In this document: one piece after another, positions 54,401-64,000 of the stretch
How positions within the stretch are numbered: the first letter of the stretch is position 1
Layout of the letters: every line of letters begins with the position of its first letter
NCBI GenBank assembly: GCA_964016885.1
Contig: OZ024742.1
Span: forward strand, 331,514,001 to 331,578,000
DNA from: Eledone cirrhosa
Taxonomy: Eukaryota
Direction of reading: 5' to 3'
DNA: 64,000 bases
The notes under the pieces: generated by a model
What the model was told of the DNA's origin: nothing
Databases searched by the model: none
What the model saw: the letters and a program-made list of their open reading frames with translations, nothing else
Made by a program: the position numbers and the translations under genes

Positions 54401-57400
54401 GGGGTGAACACTAAACACTGAACACTGAATATTGAAGGTTATTTTTGCAGAAGAGAGGATTTAGTGGCAGTTGGGGTGAACACTGAACACTGAATATTGA
54501 AGGTTATTTGTCCAGAAGAGAGGATTTAGTGTCCGTTGCGGTGAACAATGAACACTGAATATTGAATATTGAAGGTTATTTTTGCAGAAGACAGGATTTA
54601 GTGGCCGTTGCGGTGAAGACTGAACACTGAATATTGAATATTGAAGGTTATTTTTGCAGAAGAGAGGATTTAGTGGCAATTAGGGTGAACACTGAACACT
54701 GAATATTGAAGGTTATTTTTGCAGAAGAGAGGATTTAGTGGCAGTTGGAGTGAACACTGAACACTGAATATTGAATATTGAAGGTTATTTTTGCAGAAGA
54801 GAGGATTTAGTGGCAGTTGGGGTGAACACTGAACACTGAATATTGAATATTGAAGGTTATTTTTGCAGAAGAGAGGATTTAGTGGCAGTTGGGGTGAACA
54901 CTGAACACTGAATATTGAAGGTTATTTTTGGCAGAAGAGAGGATTTAGTGGCAGTTGGGGTGAACACTGAACACTGAACACTGAATATTGAAGGTTATTT
55001 TTGGCAGAAGAGAGGATTTAGTGGCAGTTGGGGTGAACACTAAACACTGAACACTGAATATTGAAGGTTATTTTTGCAGAAGAGAGGATTTAGTGGCTGT
55101 TGGGGTGAACACTGAACACTGAACACTGAATATTGAAGGTTATTTTTGGCAGAAGAGAGGATTTAGTGGCAGTTGGGGTGAACACTGAACACTGAACACT
55201 GAATATTGAAGATTATTTTTGGCAGAAGAGAGGATTTAGTGGCAGTTGGGGTGAACACTAAACACTGAACACTGAATATTGAAGGTTATTTTTGCAGAAG
55301 AGAGGATTTAGTGGCAGTTGGGGTGAACACTGAACACTGAACACTGAATATTGAAGGTTATTTTTGGCAGAAGAGAGGATTTAGTGGCAGTTGGGGTGAA
55401 CACTAAACACTGAACACTGAATATTGAAGGTTATTTTTGCAGAAGAGAGGATTTAGTGGCAGTTGGGGTGAACACTGAACACTGAATATTGAATATTGAA
55501 GGTTATTTTTGCAGAAGAGAGGATTTAGTGGCAGTTGGGGTGAACAATGAACACTGAATATTGAATATTGAAGATTATTTTTGCAGAAGAGAGGATTTAG
55601 TGGCAGTTGGGGTGAACACTGAACACTGAATATTGAAGGTTATTTTTGGCAGAAGAGAGGATTTAGTGGCAGTTGGGATGAACACTGAACACTGAACACT
55701 GAATATTGAATGTTATTTTTGGCAGAAGAGAGGATTTAGTGGCAGTTGGGGTGAACACTATACACTGAACACTGAATATTGAAGGTTATTTTTGAAGAGG
55801 AGATGATTTAGTGGCAGTTGGGGTGAACACTGAACACTGAACACTGAATATTGAAGGTTATTTTTGGCAGAAGAGAAGATTTAGTGGCAGTTGGGGTGAA
55901 CACTGAACATTGAATTTTGAATATTGAAGGTTATTTTTGGCAGAAGAGAGGATTTAGTGGCAGTTGGGGTGAACACTGAACAGTGAACACTGAATATTGA
56001 AGGTTATTTTTGGCAGAAGAGAGGATTTAGTGACAGTTGGGGTGAACACTGAACGCTGAACATTGAATATTGAAGGTTAATTTTGCAGAAGAGAGGATTT
56101 AGTGGCAGTTGGGGTGAACACTGAACACTGAACTCTGAATACTGAACACTGAATATTGAAGGTTATTTTTGGCAGAAGAGAGGATTTAGTGGCAGTTGGG
56201 GTGAACACTGAACACTGAATAGTGAAGGTTATTTTTGGCAGAAGAGAGGATTTAGTGGCAGTTGGGGTGAACACTGAACAGTGAACACTGAATATTGAAG
56301 GTTATTTTTGGCAGAAGAGAGGATTTAGTGGCAGTTGGGGTGAACACTGAACACTGAATATTGAATATTGAAGGTTATTTTTGCAGAAGAGAAGATTTAG
56401 TGGCAGTTGGGGTGAACACTGAACACTGAACATTGAAGGTGATTTTTGGCAGAAGAGAGGATTTAGTGGCAGTTGGGGTGAACACTGAACACTGAATAGT
56501 GAAGGTTATTTTTGGCAGAAGAGAGGATTTAGTGGCAGTTGTGGTGAACACTGAACACTGAACACTGAATATTGAAGATTATTTTTGGCAGAAGAGAGGA
56601 TTTAGTGGCAGTTGGGGTGAACACTAAACACTGAACACTGAATATTGAAGGTTATTTTTGCAGAAGAGAGGATTTAGTGGCAGTTGGGGTGAACACTGAA
56701 CACTGAACACTGAATATTGAAGGTTATTTTTGGCAGAAGAGAGGATTTAGTGGCAGTTGGGGTGAACACTAAACACTGAACACTGAATATTGAAGGTTAT
56801 TTTTGCAGAAGAGAGGATTTAGTGGCAGTTGGGGTGAACACTGAACACTGAACACTGAATATTGAAGGTTATTTTTGGCAGAAGGGAGGATTTAGTGGCA
56901 GTTGGGGTGAACACTGAACAGTGAACACTGAATATTGAAGGTTATTTTTGGCAGAAGAGAGGATTTAGTGGCAGTTGGGGTGAACACTGAACACTGAATA
57001 TTGAATATTGAAGGTTATTTTTGCAGAAGAGAAGATTTAGTGGCAGTTGGGGTGAACACTGAACACTGAATATTGAAGGTTATTTTCGGCAGAAGAGGGG
57101 ATTTAGTGGCAGTTGGGCTGAACACTGAACACTGAATATTGAAGGTTATTTTTCCAGAATAGAGGATTTAGTGGCCGTTGCGGTGAACACTGAACACTGA
57201 ATATTGAATATTGAAGGTTATTTTTGCAGAAGACAGGATTTAGTGGCCGTTGCGGTGAACACTGAACACTGAATATTGAATATTGAAGGTTATGTTTGCA
57301 GAAGAGAGGATTTAGTGGCAATTGGGGTGAACACTGAACACTGAATATTGAAGGTTATTTTTGCAGAAGAGAGGATTTCGTGGCAGTTGGAGTGAACGCT

Positions 57401-58890
57401 GAACACTGAATATTGAATATTGAAGGTTATTTTTTCAGAAGAGAGGATTTAGTGGCAGTTGGGGTGAACACTGAACAGTGAATATTGAATATTGAATGTT
57501 ATTTTTGCAGAAGAGAGGATTTAGTGGCAGTTGGGGTTAACACTGAACACTGAATATTGAATATTGAAGGTTATTTTTGCAGAAGAGAGGATTTAGTGGC
57601 AGTTGGGATGAACACTGAACACTGAATATTGAATATTGAAGGTTATTTTTGCAGAAGAGAGGATTTAGTGGCAGTTGGGGTGAACACTGAACACTGAATA
57701 TTGAATATTGAAGGTTATTTTTGCAGAAGAGAGGATTTAGTGGCAGTTGGGGTGAACACTGAACACTGAATATTGAAGGTTATTTTTGGCAGAAGAGAGG
57801 ATTTAGTGGCAGTTGGGGTGAACACTGAACACTGAACACTGAATATTGAAGGTTATTTTTGGCAGAAGAGAGGATTTAGTGGCAGTTGGGGTGAACACTA
57901 AACACTGAACACTGAATATTGAAGGTTATTTTTGCAGAAGAGAGGATTTAGTGGCTGTTGGGGTGAACACTGAACACTGAACACTGAATATTGAAGGTTA
58001 TTTTTGGCAGAAGAGAGGATTTAGTGGCAGTTGGGGTGAACACTGAACATTGAATTTTGAATATTGAAGGTTATTTTTGGCAGAAGAGAGGATTTAGTGG
58101 CAGTTGGGGTGAACACTAAACACTGAACACTGAATATTGAAGGTTATTTTTGCAGAAGAGAGGATTTAGTGGCAGTTGGGGTGAACACTGAACACTGAAT
58201 ATTGAAGGTTATTTGTCCAGAAGAGAGGATTTAGTGTCCGTTGCGGTGAACAATGAACACTGAATATTGAATATTGAAGGTTATTTTTGCAGAAGACAGG
58301 ATTTAGTGGCCGTTGCGGTGAAGACTGAACACTGAATATTGAATATTGAAGGTTATTTTTGCAGAAGAGAGGATTTAGTGGCAATTAGGGTGAACACTGA
58401 ACACTGAATATTGAAGGTTATTTTTGCAGAAGAGAGGATTTAGTGGCAGTTGGAGTGAACACTGAACACTGAATATTGAATATTGAAGGTTATTTTTGCA
58501 GAAGAGAGGATTTAGTGGCAGTTGGGGTGAACACTGAACACTGAATATTGAATATTGAAGGTTATTTTTGCAGAAGAGAGGATTTAGTGGCAGTTGGGGT
58601 GAACACTGAACACTGAATATTGAAGGTTATTTTTGGCAGAAGAGAGGATTTAGTGGCAGTTGGGGTGAACACTGAACACTGAACACTGAATATTGAAGGT
58701 TATTTTTGGCAGAAGAGAGGATTTAGTGGCAGTTGGGGTGAACACTAAACACTGAACACTGAATATTGAAGGTTATTTTTGCAGAAGAGAGGATTTAGTG
58801 GCTGTTGGGGTGAACACTGAACACTGAACACTGAATATTGAAGGTTATTTTTGGCAGAAGAGAGGATTTAGTGGCAGTTGGGGTGAACAC
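51475..58890. repeat. Near-perfect tandem duplication, period 3705 bp
   Basis: Private variants AGAATAGAGG (53451/57156) and TTATGTTTG (53589/57294); GAAGATT at 51503/55208; pseudo-ORFs at 52372/56077, 53398/57103 and 54461/58166. Confidence 0.93.
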
Positions 58891-59079
58891 TGAACATTGA
58901 ATATTGAATATTGAAGGTTATTTTTGGCAGAAGAGAGGATTTAGTGGCAGTTGGGGTGAACACTAAACACTGAACACTGAATATTGAAGGTTATTTTTGC
59001 AGAAGAGAGGATTTAGTGGCAGTTGGGGTGAACACTGAACACTGAATATTGAAGGTTATTTGTCCAGAAGAGAGGATTT

Positions 59080-62000
59080 AGTGGCAGTTGGGGTGAACAC
59101 TGAACACTGAATATTGAATATTGAAGGTTATTTTTGCAGAAGAGAGGATTTAGTGGCAGTTGGGGTGAACACTGAACACTGAATATTGAATATTGAAGGT
59201 TATTTTTGCAGAAGAGAGGATTTAGTGGCAGTTGGGGTTAACACTGAACACTGAATATTGAATATTGAAGGTTATTTTTGCAGAAGAGAGGATTTAGTGG
59301 CAGTTGGGGTGAACACTGAAAACTGAATATTGAATATTGAAGGTTATTTTTGCAGAAGAGAGGATTTAGTGGCATTTGGGGTGAACAATGAACACTGAAT
59401 ATTGAATATTGAAGATTATTTTTGCAGAAGAGAGGATTTAGTGGCAGTTGGGGTGAACACTGAACACTGAATATTGAAGGTTATTTTTGGCAGAAGAGAG
59501 GATTTAGTGGCAGTTGGGATGAACACTGAACACTGAACACTGAATATTGAATGTTATTTTTGGCAGAAGAGAGGATTTAGTGGCAGTTGGGGTGAACACT
59601 ATACACTGAACACTGAATATTGAAGGTTATTTTTGAAGAGGAGATGATTTAGTGGCAGTTGGGGTGAACACTGAACACTGAACACTGAATATTGAAGGTT
59701 ATTTTTGGCAGAAGAGAAGATTTAGTGGCAGTTGGGGTGAACACTGAACATTGAATTTTGAATATTGAAGGTTATTTTTGGCAGAAGAGAGGATTTAGTG
59801 GCAGTTGGGGTGAACACTGAACAGTGAACACTGAATATTGAAGGTTATTTTTGGCAGAAGAGAGGATTTAGTGACAGTTGGGGTGAACAGTGAACACTGA
59901 ACATTGAATATTGAAGGTTAATTTTGCAGAAGAGAGGATTTAGTGGCAGTTGGGGTGAACACTGAACACTGAACACTGAATACTGAACACTGAATATTGA
60001 AGGTTATTTTTGGCAGCAGAGAGGATTTAGTGGCAGTTGGGGTGAACACTGAACACTGAATAGTGAAGGTTATTTTTGGCAGAAGAGAGGATTTAGTGGC
60101 AGTTGTGGTGAACACTGAACACTGAACACTGAATATTGAAGGTTATTTTTGGCAGAAGAGAGGATTTAGTGGCAGTTGGGGTGAACACTGAACACTGAAT
60201 ATTGAATATTGAAGGTTATTTTTGCAGAAGAGAAGATTTAGTGGCAGTTGGGGTGAACACTGAAAACTGAACATTGAAGGTGATTTTTGGCAGAAGAGAG
60301 GATTTAGTGGCAGTTGGGGTGAACACTGAACACTGAATAGTGAAGGTTATTTTTGGCAGAAGAGAGGATTTAGTGGCAGTTGTGGTGAACACTGAACACT
60401 GAACACTGAATATTGAAGATTATTTTTGGCAGAAGAGAGGATTTAGTGGCAGTTGGGGTGAACACTAAACACTGAACACTGAATATTGAAGGTTATTTTT
60501 GCAGAAGAGAGGATTTAGTGGCAGTTGGGGTGAACACTGAACACTGAACACTGAATATTGAAGGTTATTTTTGGCAGAAGGGAGGATTTAGTGGCAGTTG
60601 GGGTGAACACTGAACAGTGAACACTGAATATTGAAGGTTATTTTTGGCAGAAGAGAGGATTTAGTGGCAGTTGGGGTGAACACTGAACACTGAATATTGA
60701 ATATTGAAGGTTATTTTTGCAGAAGAGAAGATTTAGTGGCAGTTGGGGTGAACACTGAACACTGAATATTGAAGGTTATTTTCGGCAGAAGAGAGGATTT
60801 AGTGGCAGTTGGGGTGAACACTAAATACTGAACACTGAATATTGAAGGTTATTTTTGCAGAAGAGAGGATTTAGTGGCAGTTGGGGTGAACACTGAACAC
60901 TGAATATTGAAGGTTATTTGTCCAGAAGAGAGGATTTAGTGTCCGTTGCGGTGAACAATGAACACTGAATATTGAATATTGAAGGTTATTTTTGCAGAAG
61001 AGAGGATTTAGTGGCAATTAGGGTGAACACTGAACACTGAATATTGAAGGTTATTTTTGCAGAAGAGAGGATTTAGTGCCAGTTGGAGTGAACACTGAAC
61101 ACTGAATATTGAATATTGAAGGTTATTTTTGCAGAAGAGAGGATTTAGTGGCAGTTGGGGTGAACACTGAACACTGAATATTGAATATTGAAGGTTATTT
61201 TTGCAGAAGAGAGGATTTAGTGGCAGTTGGGGTGAACACTGAACACTGAATATTGAATATTGAAGGTTATTTTTGCAGAAGAGAGGATTTAGTGGCAGTT
61301 GGGGTTAACACTGAACACTGAATATTGAATATTGAAGGTTATTTTTGCAGAAGAGAGGATTTAGTGGCAGTTGGGGTGAACACTGAACACTGAATATTGA
61401 ATATTGAAGGTTATTTTTGCAGAAGAGAGGATTTAGTGGCAGTTGGGGTGAACAATGAACACTGAATATTGAATATTGAAGATTATTTTTGCAGAAGAGA
61501 GGATTTAGTGGCAGTTGGGGTGAACACTGAACACTGAATATTGAAGGTTATTTTTGGCAGAAGAGAGGATTTAGTGGCAGTTGGGATGAACACTGAACAC
61601 TGAACACTGAATATTGAATGTTATTTTTGGCAGAAGAGAGGATTTAGTGGCAGTTGGGGTGAACACTATACACTGAACACTGAATATTGAAGGTTATTTT
61701 TGAAGAGGAGATGATTTAGTGGCAGTTGGGGTGAACACTGAACACTGAACACTGAATATTGAAGGTTATTTTTGGCAGAAGAGAAGATTTAGTGGCAGTT
61801 GGGGTGAACACTGAACATTGAATTTTGAATATTGAAGGTTATTTTTGGCAGAAGAGAGGATTTAGTGGCAGTTGGGGTGAACACTGAACAGTGAACACTG
61901 AATATTGAAGGTTATTTTTGGCAGAAGAGAGGATTTAGTGACAGTTGGGGTGAACACTGAACACTGAACATTGAATATTGAAGGTTAATTTTGCAGAAGA

Positions 62001-62860
62001 GAGGATTTAGTGGCAGTTGGGGTGAACACTGAACACTGAACACTGAATACTGAACACTGAATATTGAAGGTTATTTTTGGCAGAAGAGAGGATTTAGTGG
62101 CAGTTGGGGTGAACACTGAACACTGAATAGTGAAGGTTATTTTTGGCAGAAGAGAGGATTTAGTGGCAGTTGTGGTGAACACTGAACACTGAACACTGAA
62201 TATTGAAGGTTATTTTTGGCAGAAGAGAGGATTTAGTGGCAGTTGGGGTGAACACTGAACACTGAATATTGAATATTGAAGGTTATTTTTGCAGAAGAGA
62301 AGATTTAGTGGCAGTTGGGGTGAACACTGAAAACTGAACATTGAAGGTGATTTTTGGCAGAAGAGAGGATTTAGTGGCAGTTGGGGTGAACACTGAACAC
62401 TGAATAGTGAAGGTTATTTTTGGCAGAAGAGAGGATTTAGTGGCAGTTGTGGTGAACACTGAACACTGAACACTGAATATTGAAGATTATTTTTGGCAGA
62501 AGAGAGGATTTAGTGGCAGTTGGGGTGAACACTAAACACTGAACACTGAATATTGAAGGTTATTTTTGCAGAAGAGAGGATTTAGTGGCAGTTGGGGTGA
62601 ACACTGAACACTGAACACTGAATATTGAAGGTTATTTTTGGCAGAAGGGAGGATTTAGTGGCAGTTGCGGTGAACACTGAACAGTGAACACTGAATATTG
62701 AAGGTTATTTTTGGCAGAAGAGAGGATTTAGTGGCAGTTGGGGTGAACACTGAACACTGAATATTGAATATTGAAGGTTATTTTTGCAGAAGAGAAGATT
62801 TAGTGGCAGTTGGGGTGAACACTGAACACTGAATATTGAAGGTTATTTTCGGCAGAAGAG
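59080..62860. repeat. Repeat with period 2067 bp (about 29 monomers)
   Basis: Identical pseudo-ORFs at 59918/61985; TGAAAACTGAACATTG variant at about 60261/62328. Boundaries approximate. Confidence 0.8.
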
Positions 62861-64000
62861 AGGATTTAGTGGCAGTTGGGCTGAACACTGAACACTGAAT
62901 ATTGAAGGTTATTTTTCCAGAAGAGAGGATTTAGTGGCCGTTGCGGTGAACACTGAACACTGAATATTGAATATTGAAGGTTATTTTTGCAGAAGACAGG
63001 ATTTAGTGGCCGTTGCGGTGAACACTGAACACTGAATATTGAATATTGAAGGTTATTTTTGCAGAAGAGAGGATTTAGTGGCAATTGGGGTGAACACTGA
63101 ACACTGAATATTGAAGGTTATTTTTGCAGAAGAGAGGATTTCGTGGCAGTTGGAGTGAACGCTGAACACTGAATATTGAATATTGAAGGTTATTTTTTCA
63201 GAAGAGAGGATTTAGTGGCAGTTGGGGTGAACACTGAACACTGAATATTGAATATTGAATGTTATTTTTGCAGAAGAGAGGATTTAGTGGCAGTTGGGGT
63301 TAACACTGAACACTGAATATTGAATATTGAAGGTTATTTTTGCAGAAGAGAGGATTTAGTGGCAGTTGGGATGAACACTGAACACTGAATATTGAATATT
63401 GAAGGTTATTTTTGCAGAAGAGAGGATTTAGTGGCAGTTGGGGTGAACACTGAACACTGAATATTGAATATTGAAGGTTATTTTTGCAGAAGAGAGGATT
63501 TAGTGGCAGTTGGGGTGAACACTGAACACTGAATATTGAAGGTTATTTTTGGCAGAAGAGAGGATTTAGTGGCAGTTGGGGTGAACACTGAACACTGAAC
63601 ACTGAATATTGAAGGTTATTTTTGGCAGAAGAGAGGATTTAGTGGCAGTTGGGGTGAACACTAAACACTGAACACTGAATATTGAAGGTTATTTTTGCAG
63701 AAGAGAGGATTTAGTGGCTGTTGGGGTGAACACTGAACACTGAACACTGAATATTGAAGGTTATTTTTGGCAGAAGAGAGGATTTAGTGGCAGTTGGGGT
63801 GAACACTGAACATTGACTTTTGAATATTGAAGGTTATTTTTGGCAGAAGAGAGGATTTAGTGGCAGTTGGGGTGAACACTAAACACTGAACACTGAATAT
63901 TGAAGGTTATTTTTGCAGAAGAGAGGATTTAGTGGCAGTTGGGGTGAACACTGAACACTGAACACTGAATATTGAAGGTTATTTTTGGCAGAAGAGAGGA

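Larger units (their letters stand above)
1..64000. repeat. Tandem satellite DNA array, modal monomer 72/73 bp (44/45-bp core + 2-6 heptamers), about 900 copies, runs off both window ends
   Basis: The core AAGGTTATTTTTG(G)CAGAAGAGAGGATTTAGTGGCAGTTGGGGTG recurs every 59-87 bp from the first to the last line, separated only by (AACACTG)n(AATATTG)m. No non-repeat sequence or inversion seen. Copy number is estimated as 64000 / about 70.5. Confidence 0.99.
47341..64000. repeat. Satellite sub-domain C
   Basis: By eye it lacks TGATCA, AGACGAG (last at 47194), TATCTTTGC and CATAAG. It gains TTTGTCCAG, GTGTCCGTTGCGG, TTTTGAAGAGGAGATG, AATAGTG, GTTGTGGTG, AACATTGAAGGTGAT, GGTTAATTTTGC and 87-bp monomers. 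Confidence 0.82.

Noticed and set aside
144-63084. Dozens of minus-strand ORFs encoding SPQLPLNPLFCKNNLQYSIFSVQC (24 aa) or FTPTATKSSLLPKITFNIQCSV (22 aa) repeats
   Set aside because: They are automatic translations of runs of 72-bp or 66-bp monomers. They mostly start at GTG/TTG, shift frame at every 59/65/73-bp unit and have no unique termini. The + strand has no ORFs because TGA recurs at 7-nt spacing and closes all three frames in each monomer.
1-64000. CRISPR-like pattern of constant repeat plus variable spacer
   Set aside because: The 'spacers' are only copies of two heptamers, not unique sequences. No cas genes or leader are present.
1-64000. Hammerhead ribozyme, as in newt satellite 2, Schistosoma Sm-alpha or Dolichopoda pDo500
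   Set aside because: CTGA is followed by ACA, ATA or TCA rather than NGA, the consensus has no GAAA box on either strand, and I see no three-stem fold.
1-64000. Canonical telomere tract or stable G-quadruplex
   Set aside because: TTGGGG/TTAGGG occurs once per roughly 70 bp and never in tandem. Only one run of three or more G per monomer, so at best a weak two-tier G4.
1-64000. Transposon insertion, inversion or unique-sequence island
   Set aside because: None seen by eye; every line parses as the same monomer in the same orientation.
1-64000. Assignment to a named satellite family or organism
   Set aside because: I do not recognise the monomer; a database search is required.

Overview
The whole 64 kb is one uninterrupted head-to-tail satellite DNA array of roughly 900 monomers, all in the same orientation. 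I found no genes, RNA genes, transposon insertions or CRISPR spacers. The modal monomer is 72 bp: AGAAGAGAGGATTTAGTGGCAGTTGGGGTG-(AACACTG)2-(AATATTG)2-AAGGTTATTTTTGC. Each monomer is a near-constant 44/45-bp core plus 2-6 heptamers, so unit lengths fall on a ladder of about 59, 65/66, 72/73, 79/80 and 87 bp. The + strand is strongly G-skewed (21 G vs 6 C per 72-mer) and the consensus has no CpG. Diagnostic variants show irregular, nested higher-order duplications (periods 216, 478, 571/643, 847, 1366, 2067, 2177, 2532, about 3.3-4.0 kb, 3705 and 6079/6218 bp). They also define three sub-domains with different variant sets (about 1-21.7, 21.7-47.3 and 47.3-64 kb). All listed minus-strand ORFs are translation artefacts of 72-bp (24 aa) and 66-bp (22 aa) monomers. 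This is most likely eukaryotic heterochromatin (centromeric, pericentromeric or terminal), but I cannot name the family or organism. I see no protein-coding system; the interest lies in the array's architecture.
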